A stretch of 63,942 bases of DNA, filler included, from Chrysochromulina tobinii (GCA_001275005.1; 9 parts of 9 records of this genome joined end to end with filler, not necessarily neighbours in it); one strand, 5' to 3'. Positions 22,489-32,453 are shown, numbered from the whole stretch's first letter. Numbers and translations: made by a program. Notes: a model not told the origin generated them from the sequence alone.

Positions 22489-25400
22489 TCACCCGTCGCT
22501 ACGCAGTCGAAGCTTGTGGCCCGGGTATCCCCTCTGTCCAAGAAAGCGAGGGTGTGGAGCGCGACCACCATGAAATTGTTCGTGAGCTCCGTCGCGTTCT
22601 CGACGAGGATGGTTGTGGCTTGAACCTGAATGGCGTCGTCTCGACGCACAGCTCCTCGAGCTCATGGTACATGGAGCTGAGCTTTTCGAGCTCGTCGGCG
22701 AAGGCCGTGTCCTGGTCGAGCGCCTTTTTGTTGATGCCCTTCTCGTGAAGCGTGTTGAGCTTTTGACGCACTGCTGGATTTCCGCCCGCATCTGCTTGAA
22801 GGACATACTCGTGTGCGCACCGGTGGCTGCGTACGCTTGCTGCGGCAGCGTGCCAAGCTTGCAGATGTGCTGTTCAAACACCTCCGCCTTCTGCTGGAGA
22901 ATCGCCTTTTTCTGCAAGAGCATGTCTACCTGCTTGGCCGTGTCTGCGCGCCCCTTGGCCGCGTCAGCTGCCTTGAAGCACATCTCGTCGAGCCGCTCCT
23001 GCGAGGCTTGTGAGGTTTGTGCCCTCGCGCGCTGCGTGTCCGCGATTTTCCGACTCGCGTCAAGCACCTCGGCCGCGGCCGCGAGACGCTCCTTGGCCAC
23101 GCACAGCTCCTCGGCCGCTGCGCCACCCGACTGCCACTCGTCTCCCGCTGCGTCGGCGTCTATGGTGCGCTCGAGCGCCTCCTTGAACTCGTCCTGCCGA
23201 TTGCGCAGATCCTCCGAGAGAGACGCGCGCAGCGACGACACACTCGCGTGCGCTCGGGCGGCCGCGGGCGCAGCGGCATCTCGCTCCCTGCGCTTCTCGC
23301 GCAGCTGCTCCTGCTTCTCGGTGAGCTCGCGCCGCCCGGCGTCCGTCGGCTTCCCGTCGGGCTCGAAGTTCGCCTTGAGCGCCTGCTGCACTGCGCGCAG
23401 CTGCTCCTGGTCCGACTCAATCGCGGCCTGCAGCGCCTTGTGCGCGCTCTTCTTTTGCTTATTGACTGCCTTGCGCGCGTCGCGCGACGTGCCGATAACG
23501 CCGCCGGTGATGCCGCTCGACGACGACTCAGCGCCACCGCGGTCGGTGCCGCCGCCGCCCGTCGTCCCCGTGTCGATGGCCTCGAGCACATCTTCGAGAT
23601 CGGCCTCGCGCGGCCGCTTGTTGTGGGCGACGGTGTGCTTGTCGAGCTCGCCCTGCGTCTCGAGCGCTCTCGCCTCGTGCTGCTCCTTGTCCCGCTCCAG
23701 CTGCGTGAGGTTCGCGTCGAGCGCCTTGAGCCGCCCGCGCAATTGCGCGAGGTCTGCCTGTGCCCTGCGCGACTTGCGCGCCTCGTGCCAGCCGCTTGAC
23801 ATGGAGCCCTTACAGATCGCCTTGTCGCCGGCGAGCGTGACGCGGTTGACGTCGTGCTCTCGAGGCTTGGCCGCACCCGTCTGCGCGAACACCGTCTTGT
23901 GGAAGACGTGCCGGAAGCGCTCCCTGAACTGGAGCACCAAGTACGCTGGCTTGAAGTAGAACACCTTGTCACCCGGCCCAGCGGCCTTGACGTACGAGTT
24001 GAGCGACAGCCTGCCCTTCGCAACGCCGAGCGCGCGCAGCTCCTCCTCTGTAAAGGCATGCTTCGGGCTCGCGCTCTTGAGCTGCTTCTCGAGCGCCGCC
24101 GTGAGCGGCGCGTTCTCGAACTCGACTCCGTCCTTGGGTACGCCCTCGCCCTTGTTCTTCCACTTGAGGCCGAGCGTCGCTCGCCCCTTGGGCACAAAGG
24201 GCATCACGCCCTCGCCAGGGTCGGGCTCGGGCTTGACGCGCAGCCGGTTGAGAGGCATGAACGTCGCGCGGCCCGCGCTCGCCTGCTTGAGCTCCTCGAC
24301 GAGTTTGGGCGTTACGTCGTCGCTGTCGACGACCATGTGTAAGAGCTGGTTGCCTGCGGCCACGTTGACGGCCGTGTTGAACTTGCCGTCACACCTGATC
24401 AGCTCGAGCAGCAGGCCGTGCGCGCACTTGATCCGCTTTTCGCGCACGATGCGCTTGCATGCGTCGAGAGCTTCCCACTGATTTCGGCTCATCGAGTGCG
24501 CCAACGTGCGCTCTGGCTTGGCAAGCTGTTCCTCTATCGCCTTGCGCTCCTTACGCACGTTGGCGTCGCGCCGCCACAGTTGCTTGCGCTGATCCGTCGG
24601 TTCCGCGTACTCGGTGCGCCAGCGCGCGCACTTGTCCTGCGCGTCCGCCACGCGCTTGCGCCGCTCGTCCGCCTTAGAACGCCGCTCGGCCTCGTGTTCT
24701 TCCGACTTCTGGCGCTGGTACTTGGCGGCGTCGAGCTCCTTCTCGAGGCTTTTGGCCTGCTCCGACTTCTTGTCAATGGCCTCGCGCAGCAGCTCTGCCT
24801 CCTTGGTTAGGTGCTTGTCGCGCTCCTTCTTCGAGCTGAAGCGATGCCCGCCGGCCTCTTTCGAGTGTAGCTGCAGCAGCACCGCCTCGATGCGCTCCAT
24901 CTCGCGCGCGGCCGCGGCGGCGGCGTTCTGCAGTGCCGCCCGCGGCTCTAGCTCGCCGAGATTCTGCTCGACGTCGGCGATGCTCGCATCCACCTGCTCG
25001 AGCTCCGCCTCCTTCTCGCGCTTTGTGTGCGCGACCTCCTCAGCCTTGTGGTCTGCGTCGAGGCGCGCCGTGTGCTCGAGTCGCTTCTTATGCTCGGCCG
25101 CACGTGCCTTGGTCTCGGCGACGGCGCTCTTGAGGCTCTCGCCGAGCACTCGGAGCTGCCGCTCGTGCTCCTTGGTCGTGCTCGTGAGCTCCTCGTCGTC
25201 CGTAGCCGAACGGGAGGCCATCTCGCTCGACTGGGCGCGTTTGGAAACCGACGAGGCGATCCCGCTTTTGGCGCGCATGAGCTCCGTGTGGTAGTACGTG
25301 TATTCAACCACCTTGCGCCGCCTGTCGAGGCGCGTGTAGGCCTCGAGCTCATCCTTCTCAGCTGCGAGCCCCGCGAGCTTCGTCTCGATCGTCGTCGTCT

Positions 25401-28092
25401 GCTCCTTGCACCGTTGCGTGTTATCCTCCGAGTCGGCGAGTGTGCGCAGCGACTTTGCCTTCTGGTCGTCGTACGTCGAGACGCCCGCACCGTCTTTGAG
25501 CGTGTTGAGCCCCTGCTTCTCGCTTGCGCATTCAGCCTCGTGCCTCTGCTTATCGGCCGCGGCCAACTCCATGTAGGCCGCCTTATCGGCCTCTTCGAGT
25601 ACCTTCCCCTGCGCCTTGATCATCTCGGCTATGGCGAGCGCATCAAGCCCTGGGTGCGTCGCTGTCAGCATGAGGCTCTCCGCCGCGGTGTAGAACTGGA
25701 CAGCGGTCTTCGCGACGCGCGGCCCGTGTTCTGCCTCGCGCTTCTTCTTGGTCTCCTCGGCCGCTTCGTCCTCGGCGGTCGTGGCGGCCGCTGCGCGCTC
25801 GCTCGCCTTGGCGGCGCGCGCCTCCGCCTTTACAGCTTTCTCCTCTTCCTTTGCTGCCCGTGCCTCCGCGCGAGCCTTGGCCTGTGCGAACTTCGTCGCC
25901 TCGGGCGTCGTCTTGTAGAGCTCGAAGGCGTTGATGACCCCGTACTCCTCGAGGACTTCCTTGTCGCCGTCGTCGTGGTCCACATGGAACAGCGGCGACT
26001 CGTCCTCGCCATCGCCGGCGGGCAGCCAACGCGTGATCCGGCCGAGCACCATCAGGCTACCCTCTAAGGGGCGCGCGACGCGACGCCCGAGGTACTCGTG
26101 GCCCTCGTCGCGCCAGCCCTCGGTCGGGTCCTCTTCCGCGCCCTTCGTCGGCTCCTTGGTTAGCTCCCGAAGCGCCTTTTCGAACTTGGTGCGCATGGCC
26201 TTGGACTTGATCTTGGTCGTATCGGCGAGGTCCTCCCTGCTGCTGTACGGCAGCGGCGTCGACGGCATTGGCGAAAGCTCTATGCGCTCCGTCGTGTGGA
26301 AGAAGCGCACCGGGTAGCGCTCGCCCTCGGCATCCGTGCGCAGGGTGCCAGCCACGCGGGCGGGCCACCATGGGAATCCGCGTATCTTGGCCCAAACAAG
26401 GTCGTCCTGCTCAAAAGTGGGGGCGACGGCGGGGTCGTCGTCGAGCATGTGCTCGGGGTCCACCTGTGCCATGCTGGGCTCGTCGGCCACCTGCGGCATC
26501 TCGGTCTCGGTCGACGTTGCGCGAAGCTCTGCGCCACGGCTCCCGCGCTTCTCAAGCTCCCCTGGCTTTGACCCTGACTGTGGCTCTGGCACTGATTGTT
26601 GCTCTGGCTCTGATTGTTGCTCTGGCTTTCGTGGCTCTGGCTGCGCCTCTGTGTCACGCGGCAGATGCTTCCCGCGCTCACGCGGGCTCTCTGGCCCGAT
26701 TTGCGTCGCATCGACGCGCGGCTGCTGCGGCCGCTGCGCGAGAGCTGACTGCTCCTCGCGCTCCCGTGAGCTCTCTGGCCCGATCTGCGTCGCACCGACG
26801 CGCGGCAGCTGCGGCCGCTGCGCGAGAGCTGACTGCTGCACGCGCTCACACGGGCTCTCTGGCCCGGTCTGCGTCGCACCGACGCGCGGCAGCTGCGGCC
26901 GCTGCGCGAGAGCTGACTGCTGCACGCGCTCACACGGGCTCTCTGGCCCGGTCACGCGCGGCTGCTGCGGCCGCTGCGCGAGAGCTGACTGCTGCACGCG
27001 CTCACGCGGGCTCTCTGGCCCGATCTGCGTCGCACCGACGCGCGGCTGCTGCGGCCGCTGCGCGAGAGCTGACTGCTGCACGCGCTCACGCGGGCTCTCT
27101 GGCCCGATTTGCGTCGCACCGACGCGCGGCTGCTGCGGCCGCTGCGCGAGAGCTGACTGCTGCACGCGCTCACGCGGGCTCTCTGGCCCGATCTGCGCCT
27201 CTGTGGCACGCGGCTGCTGTGGCCGCTGCGCGAGAGGAACGCTCTCCTTGTGCTCACTGTTTGGCCCGATCTGCGCCACTGCGACGTACGGCTGTTGCTG
27301 CGGCTGGTGCAAATGCTGCGGCCGATAGAGGCCATGCTCTCGTGAATACTGCCGTTCGGCTGTTTCAAGAGTCGCTCTGACTTCAGCCTCACGCCTCAGT
27401 GTTTTGTGCTGCGCGGCATCTAGCTCGCAGCCTTGCTGCACGCGCTGGCGGAGCACTTCGATCTGGCACAACTTCTTTTGCAAACGCTGAATGACCACTG
27501 CCTGAGTCCGAAGGGTCTCGAATTCGGGCGAGCCCGGCACGGGTCTGTCGCCCACGGTCGGGTAATTCCGGACATCTGCCTCCGAAACGGAACGGGCATT
27601 TCCCGTCGCATCGACGGCCTCTGTCGTTCTCGGCGTGTTCTGCATTGTTTTTGCCCAAACTTTGTCGGCATGTCGACCCACACGGGGGGCTCGAACCTGC
27701 GGTTCGTAGTGCGCCTCGCTGGGCATCGCACGCGGGAGTGTGGACGATCCGTCCTCCGCTTCTGCCTCTTCGTACGTTGCTTCGCCGTACGTGAAGGTTT
27801 CGTTGCGTGCCTTGGTTCCGGCACTTGACTCGGGCATGGCCCGTCGCGGGAGTGTGGACGATCCGTCCTCCGCTTCTGCCTCTTCGTACGTTGCTTCGCC
27901 GTACGTGAAGGTTTCGTTGCGTGCCTTGGTTCCGGCACTTGGCTCGTACGAGTTCTCGTCGTACGCTGGGGCCTCTGGTGGTGCCTTGGTTTCGGCACCT
28001 GTTCTGGGGTTCACCCAGGGATCGTTGAAGATCGTTGACTTACCACTCGCTACCATGGGAACGGGAGCCCCTGGCTCCAGGACCCCTTGCAT
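22489..28092 (-). CDS. Chimeric intronless 1867-aa ORF: repeats + PWWP + Tudor-like + degenerate HMG-box + SMC3 coiled-coil/hinge without ATPase heads; SMC3 frame lost near 22763
   Basis: PWWP: DLVWAKIRGFPWWPARV. HMG-like: PRVAKTAVQFY...YMELAAADKQRHEAE. SMC3-like: AGVSTYDDQKAKSL...RRRKVVEYTYY, FSSKKERDKHL, TAVNVAAGNQL..VVDSD, RATFMPLNRL, FRHVFHKT, LGTLP. The INKKALDQ continuation lies in another frame. Confidence 0.75.
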   Translation of the reverse strand: MQGVLEPGAPVPMVASGKSTIFNDPWVNPRTGAETKAPPEAPAYDENSYEPSAGTKARNETFTYGEATYEEAEAEDGSSTLPRRAMPESSAGTKARNETFTYGEATYEEAEAEDGSSTLPRAMPSEAHYEPQVRAPRVGRHADKVWAKTMQNTPRTTEAVDATGNARSVSEADVRNYPTVGDRPVPGSPEFETLRTQAVVIQRLQKKLCQIEVLRQRVQQGCELDAAQHKTLRREAEVRATLETAERQYSREHGLYRPQHLHQPQQQPYVAVAQIGPNSEHKESVPLAQRPQQPRATEAQIGPESPRERVQQSALAQRPQQPRVGATQIGPESPRERVQQSALAQRPQQPRVGATQIGPESPRERVQQSALAQRPQQPRVTGPESPCERVQQSALAQRPQLPRVGATQTGPESPCERVQQSALAQRPQLPRVGATQIGPESSREREEQSALAQRPQQPRVDATQIGPESPRERGKHLPRDTEAQPEPRKPEQQSEPEQQSVPEPQSGSKPGELEKRGSRGAELRATSTETEMPQVADEPSMAQVDPEHMLDDDPAVAPTFEQDDLVWAKIRGFPWWPARVAGTLRTDAEGERYPVRFFHTTERIELSPMPSTPLPYSSREDLADTTKIKSKAMRTKFEKALRELTKEPTKGAEEDPTEGWRDEGHEYLGRRVARPLEGSLMVLGRITRWLPAGDGEDESPLFHVDHDDGDKEVLEEYGVINAFELYKTTPEATKFAQAKARAEARAAKEEEKAVKAEARAAKASERAAAATTAEDEAAEETKKKREAEHGPRVAKTAVQFYTAAESLMLTATHPGLDALAIAEMIKAQGKVLEEADKAAYMELAAADKQRHEAECASEKQGLNTLKDGAGVSTYDDQKAKSLRTLADSEDNTQRCKEQTTTIETKLAGLAAEKDELEAYTRLDRRRKVVEYTYYHTELMRAKSGIASSVSKRAQSSEMASRSATDDEELTSTTKEHERQLRVLGESLKSAVAETKARAAEHKKRLEHTARLDADHKAEEVAHTKREKEAELEQVDASIADVEQNLGELEPRAALQNAAAAAAREMERIEAVLLQLHSKEAGGHRFSSKKERDKHLTKEAELLREAIDKKSEQAKSLEKELDAAKYQRQKSEEHEAERRSKADERRKRVADAQDKCARWRTEYAEPTDQRKQLWRRDANVRKERKAIEEQLAKPERTLAHSMSRNQWEALDACKRIVREKRIKCAHGLLLELIRCDGKFNTAVNVAAGNQLLHMVVDSDDVTPKLVEELKQASAGRATFMPLNRLRVKPEPDPGEGVMPFVPKGRATLGLKWKNKGEGVPKDGVEFENAPLTAALEKQLKSASPKHAFTEEELRALGVAKGRLSLNSYVKAAGPGDKVFYFKPAYLVLQFRERFRHVFHKTVFAQTGAAKPREHDVNRVTLAGDKAICKGSMSSGWHEARKSRRAQADLAQLRGRLKALDANLTQLERDKEQHEARALETQGELDKHTVAHNKRPREADLEDVLEAIDTGTTGGGGTDRGGAESSSSGITGGVIGTSRDARKAVNKQKKSAHKALQAAIESDQEQLRAVQQALKANFEPDGKPTDAGRRELTEKQEQLREKRRERDAAAPAAARAHASVSSLRASLSEDLRNRQDEFKEALERTIDADAAGDEWQSGGAAAEELCVAKERLAAAAEVLDASRKIADTQRARAQTSQASQERLDEMCFKAADAAKGRADTAKQVDMLLQKKAILQQKAEVFEQHICKLGTLPQQAYAATGAHTSMSFKQMRAEIQQCVKSSTRFTRRASTKRRSTRTRPSPTSSKSSAPCTMSSRSCASRRRHSGSSHNHPRRERDGAHEQFHGGRAPHPRFLGQRGYPGHKLRLRSDG
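26670..27280 (-). repeat. Coding 84-bp tandem repeat, ~7 copies (GPESPRERVQQSALAQRPQQPRVGATQI)
   Basis: CTCTGGCCCG recurs every 84 nt; one unit is 72 nt. Confidence 0.95.
27731..27941 (-). repeat. Coding ~114-bp tandem duplication
   Basis: SAGTKARNETFTYGEATYEEAEAEDGSSTLPR occurs twice. Confidence 0.9.
28043..28055 (-). promoter_or_regulatory. Primer-binding site (initiator-Met tRNA-like)
   Basis: TGGTAGCGAGTGG abuts the LTR-terminal CA and is complementary to a tRNA ending ...CUCGCUACCA. Confidence 0.7.
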
Positions 28093-28099
28093 GCCGCTT

Positions 28100-28199
28100 N
28101 NNNNNNNNNNNNNNNNNNNNNNNNNNNNNNNNNNNNNNNNNNNTTAATTAATTAANNNNNNNNNNNNNNNNNNNNNNNNNNNNNNNNNNNNNNNNNNNN
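28100..28199. other. Artificial contig linker
   Basis: N44-TTAATTAATTAA-N44. Confidence 0.99.
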
Positions 28200-28371
28200 C
28201 TCAGCACGGCGCCCCAGCGGAGGCGGCACCGAGAGCAGCGGACACGTGGCATGCAAGTGCTCAGCACGGCGCCCCAGCGGAGGCGGCACCGAGAGCAGCG
28301 GACACGTGGCATGCAAGTGCTCAGCACGGCGCCCCAGCGGAGGCGGCACCGAGAGCAGCGGACACGTGGCA
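28200..28371 (+). repeat. 60-bp coding tandem repeat at contig start (AQHGAPAEAAPRAADTWHAS)
   Basis: ~2.9 exact copies; same unit as 37945-38133. Confidence 0.95.
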
Positions 28372-28837
28372 CGGGTCCGCATCAGTGCACCCGACTCCCT
28401 CCTCCGAGGTCATCAGCGCCAATCAGCGCCAATCACGAGCTCTGATTGCGCCTCCCTCCTCCGAGGTCGAGCGTCGTGCCCAGTACGGCGCCCATGCCCC
28501 GCACCTTACGAGCGTGATGCCCAGTACGGCGCCCAACACGACGCCAAATCTGGCGCCCAACACGGCGCCAAGCGCCGCGTCCGACTCGGCGCTCAGGACG
28601 CGGAAGTGCGTCGCACACCAGTTGCATGCACCCGCCTCGCCAGTCTCGTCAATCTCGCCAATCTCGCCGACGGCGGCCGCGGCGGCCGCGGCGGCGGCAA
28701 AGGCGACTGTGGCGGCCAAGGCAGCCAAGGCAGCAAAGGCTGCGGTGGATGCTGGCGCCAAGCAACTCCACTTGAGCCTCAGCCTCAGCGCTCAGGGGAG
28801 GGTCTCGCGCTGCACAATGCAAGGCCAAGGCACTTAG
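28202..28837 (+). CDS. 3' end of a low-complexity protein (continues the frame that leaves the other contig end)
   Basis: Open from contig start to TAG at 28835-28837. Contains TAPNT motifs like those in 34528-38133. Possible 57-nt intron at 28409-28465. Confidence 0.55.
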   Translation, partial: QHGAPAEAAPRAADTWHASAQHGAPAEAAPRAADTWHASAQHGAPAEAAPRAADTWHGSASVHPTPSSEVISANQRQSRALIAPPSSEVERRAQYGAHAPHLTSVMPSTAPNTTPNLAPNTAPSAASDSALRTRKCVAHQLHAPASPVSSISPISPTAAAAAAAAAKATVAAKAAKAAKAAVDAGAKQLHLSLSLSAQGRVSRCTMQGQGT

Positions 28838-29139
28838 ATCATACCGTGAGAACCGTAACCCTATGGGTATGGCTATGCGCGGTATCGGCGCGTCTATCCT
28901 TTCGTACGGATATGTAATATAGTCTTAAAATATTAACGTCAGAGAGCACATTGTCGCGGAGCAGCGACTGCAGACCACCTCGACTCGCAAACCCACACAC
29001 ATGGAACGACATGGAAACGACCACGCCCTGTGCGGTACCCGCCATGATGTGCGGGAAATGTGTGTGAATGTGCATGTGTGTCAGTGCGTGCTGCTCACGT
29101 GGGTGCTGTTCACATGATCGTGAGGGGGTAATCGACTTG

Positions 29140-30832
29140 TTAGAAAGAAACCGTGAGCCATGAGTCATGTGAGATTCCGCGCGCCTTGCAAGCCTCCTTC
29201 AGCGCAGTCGAATTGCCGTCGTTGCCATTAAAGTCGAATGTCTTGAGTGCCGGCGCCGCGCCCTCGCGGATCGCCGCCGCCAGCGCCGCAATCCCGCGCG
29301 TGCCGATGCTGTTTAAGCTCAAGTCGAGCGTCTCGACGCGCCGCAGGAGCGGCAGCACCTTGGCGAACGCCTCCGCGTCCGCGTCCCCCCACTCGAGGTT
29401 GCTAAACTCGAGCACCCGCGCCTCGCCGAGCGCGGCGCAGAACGCGTCGGCGTACAACCGCGCCACCACCTCGCAGTCGGAGCCGTTGGTGAAGACCTTG
29501 CGCGACAGCTCGGCCGCAAACTCGCGAGGGTGCATCGGAGGCGCGCGGTACCCGCTGTCGCCCAACAAGCCGCGCGGCATCGCGGGGTCGGCGATGCGCC
29601 GAAAGGAGGTGTTAGTCCCCCTCTTGATAAAGCCGCTCACGGCGCGCTCAAACGAGGGCCACCCCTTGCCTCGAAGCCAGCCCTCGGGGAAGAAAAGCGC
29701 GGCCTCGGCCGAGCGCGGCCAGCCCGGGGGCAGCTCGCTCAGGATGACCGTCGTCGTCAGCCGATGGGCGTACCACGTGTTCACGGTCTTCAGCGCGGTT
29801 TTAAAGGCGGCTTGCTCGGGCTCCGTCCGCTGCCCGTCGGCGTCCTTTTGGTGTATGCTGCCCCAGCTGCGCGCATCGTGGGACGACACACACACGCGCA
29901 CCCGGATCAGTGCGCGTTAGCGCGCCGAGGTTGCACAACGCGGGGCCAATCAGGCGCGCCGGCGCGGCAGAGGCGCAAGAGGGGGCTGCGGCGGCGTCGA
30001 GTGGCTACTTTCGGGGGGGGAGGGGGGTTAGGGGGGGAAGGGGTCGTGCGAGGAAATGGGCGGCGGCGAGAGAGCGAGAGAGAGCGAGCGCGAGCACTCA
30101 CTCGTAGAAGACGCCAAACTCGCCCGAGGGGAGCTGATCCGCCGTGTCGCCGCACTGCTGGCCGGCGAACGGGATGACGTAGCAGCAGTAGCCAGCACAG
30201 AGGCCGAGGCAGAGAGCGTTCCAGCACAACGACCAGCCGACTTCGCAACAGTCTCCCGGGCAGCACCGCCGCTCGCGCTCGATCTGCTCGGCGAAGCGCC
30301 TCAGCTGCTCGCCATCCGGGTCCGGGTGCTCGGGCGTGAGCCACCCGTAAGAGATGGCGATGATGCGGAGCGGCTTGTCGGCACGCCAGTCGTCCTCAGA
30401 CAGCACGAGGCCGCAGGTCTCGCACATCTCGCCCACGTGCCCGCGCGGGAGCGCGCGCACCTCCGCCTCCGACAGGAACGCCTCCTCCGGGAGCTCTTGC
30501 CGGCGCGACAGCACCGCACCGCGGCGGGCCTGCTTGAGCAGCCACGAGAGGCGGAGGAGCCGCACGGGCGCGGGGCTGCCGTCGCTCCCCTGGCGCAGCA
30601 GCGAGTACATCTTCTCCGGCTTGAAGTAGATCTCGCCGTCGCCGGGCGGCTTCCCCTCGCTGTCTTTCAGATATTGCGCCCAGACCCTCTCGCCAAACGC
30701 CACGGCCTCCTCTTGCGACTGGACGAGCGGCTTGGGTCCACCAGAGGCGGGGCCGCTGCGGGCCTTGCCGGCGGACACCGGCCCCTGCTTGGCCTCGCGC
30801 TCCATGGCCTGGGGAAAGGGTGCCACATTCAT
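29140..30832 (-). CDS. HET-like domain protein with C-terminal RNI-type LRRs, two exons (intron 30101-29867)
   Basis: ISYGWLTPEHPDP; spliced VFYD-WGSIHQKD; WYAH; KGWPSFE; then LDLSLNSIGTRGIAALAAAI. Intron is GTGAGT...GCAG. Confidence 0.75.
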
Positions 30833-31178
30833 CGTTGCCCTCCTGCGACGGCAGCGGGCACGTCGCGCAGGGGGGTCAGAGAGAGAGGACAGACTCTTGC
30901 GCCCTCTTGCGCCTGGAATCACGAGTTTATGAATGAGAGGGTATCTCTTGCCGTCTTGCGCCCTGAGGGCGGGCGGGAGTGCGCGCGCGGCGACGGACCC
31001 CGGAGGAAGGTGCCGCCGGGCCGAACAGATGCGTCGCAAGTTTGAGATACCCCACACGGCAGAGTGCGTCTACTTGTGGTGTGAACGTTAACCCCGAAAC
31101 TTAGCTCTCCCGCATCCCCCCGTCTAGTTCTATGATGGATACCGTCCCTGTAACCTTCACGTTGAGCCAATGTCGTCA

Positions 31179-32219
31179 TCATGAAGGAAGGTAGCCGGCA
31201 TCTTGAAGAGCCCACAGCGCCGCGGCACCGATCAAGCCAAGGGTAAGCCCCAGCGCCGCATGCAACCCAACATTCCGCGAGGGCGCTGTCGTGGGCGGTT
31301 TGGGAGACGGGTCTTCCCTGTGGCGCGCTGTCGTGGCGAACTCCTCCAGGTACGCCTCATCCCTAATTAGGATCGCCTCCTCCAGGTACGCCTCATCCGC
31401 GGCGATCGCCTCCTCCTCGGCCGCGATCGCCGCCTCCTCGTCGAGCTCCTCAAATGAGTCCTTGCGCTCCGCGCCCGGGACGACGCGACCGCTGCGGATC
31501 CAAGCGTCGTCAACGGCTGCTGCAGCCTCTGCCGCCGCACGACGCGCGTCGGCGGTCCGGCGCTCTGCCGCGAGCACGCGCGCCTGCGCGCCAGCAATGG
31601 CGGCCTCGGCCGCCTCGGTCGCCTCCATCTCAGCCAGGCGCCCCTCTTCGGAGGCTAGCTGAGCCTCTTCTGCCTCCGCCTTGGCCGTCGCGTCTTCCAT
31701 GCCAGCCGCCTCCGCCGCCTCCGCCGCCTCCGCTTTGGAGGCTGCAGTGGCCGCGAGCGCCTCGGCCGCGTCGCGCGCCGACGCGATCCACTCGCGCGCC
31801 GACGCGATGCCGCGGATGGCGGCCGCGCGCGTCTCAAGCTCCTCCAAGTACGCCTCATCGGCTGCGATGCCCAACTCCTCGGCGGCCATCGCCGCCTCCT
31901 CGGCAAGGTCCTCCTCGAGGCCCTCGAGCTGAAAGGCATCGGCATCGGCGATGCTGCTGGCGTCGAAGTCCGTCGATGCTGCTGATGCGGCTGATGATGT
32001 CGTGCCCGCCGACGTGCACATTGCCTCCTTCAGCTTCATCCGAAGAGCCCGTTGTGTGGCGAGGAGTGCCGCTTGTTTGTTCTGAGCTATGGCCGCGTCG
32101 AGAAGCGCCTCGTCGGCCTCTGAAATGTGTCCATCACTCGAGTAGGGCGTTTCGCTCTCTGACGCGTCGCTGTGCTCATGGTGGCGCCGACGACCAGCCG
32201 GCGTCTTGCCCTTCGGCAT
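31179..32219 (-). CDS. Hypothetical Ala/Glu-rich coiled-coil protein with C-terminal membrane anchor
   Basis: Repeated IAADEAYLEE motif; terminal LHAALGLTLGLIGAAALWAL. Confidence 0.6.
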   Translation of the reverse strand: MPKGKTPAGRRRHHEHSDASESETPYSSDGHISEADEALLDAAIAQNKQAALLATQRALRMKLKEAMCTSAGTTSSAASAASTDFDASSIADADAFQLEGLEEDLAEEAAMAAEELGIAADEAYLEELETRAAAIRGIASAREWIASARDAAEALAATAASKAEAAEAAEAAGMEDATAKAEAEEAQLASEEGRLAEMEATEAAEAAIAGAQARVLAAERRTADARRAAAEAAAAVDDAWIRSGRVVPGAERKDSFEELDEEAAIAAEEEAIAADEAYLEEAILIRDEAYLEEFATTARHREDPSPKPPTTAPSRNVGLHAALGLTLGLIGAAALWALQDAGYLPS

Positions 32220-32453
32220 CGAAAACACAAACAAAGCGAGTGTGAACTACAGGACGTGTGAACGTTAAAAGCCTCTCCCGAAAGCTGCTGCCCAAAACAA
32301 CGCGCAAGGCCTCCGGACCCCAAAAGTTGGTGAGCCCAAGAAGGCCGCCACGCCGCCACCGGGCGTCTCGCCGAACCGTGAATGGACTTGACTTGACTTG
32401 ACATCTTGACTTGACTTGACGTGAATCGACACGCGCACCGCAGCCGCAGGGTC

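Larger units (their letters stand above)
22185..28099 (-). mobile_element. Non-autonomous LTR retroelement carrying captured host chromatin-gene fragments (5' LTR truncated by contig end)
   Basis: 44 bp identical at 22185-22228 and 28056-28099. On the minus strand: LTR end ...TTCCCA, then PBS TGGTAGCGAGTGG; at the other end [17 protein letters not shown], then TG...CA LTR. Confidence 0.8.

Noticed and set aside
22489..25512. Functional host SMC3 gene
   Set aside because: No Walker A/B or signature motifs, frameshifts at the 3' end, and it lies inside LTR signals.
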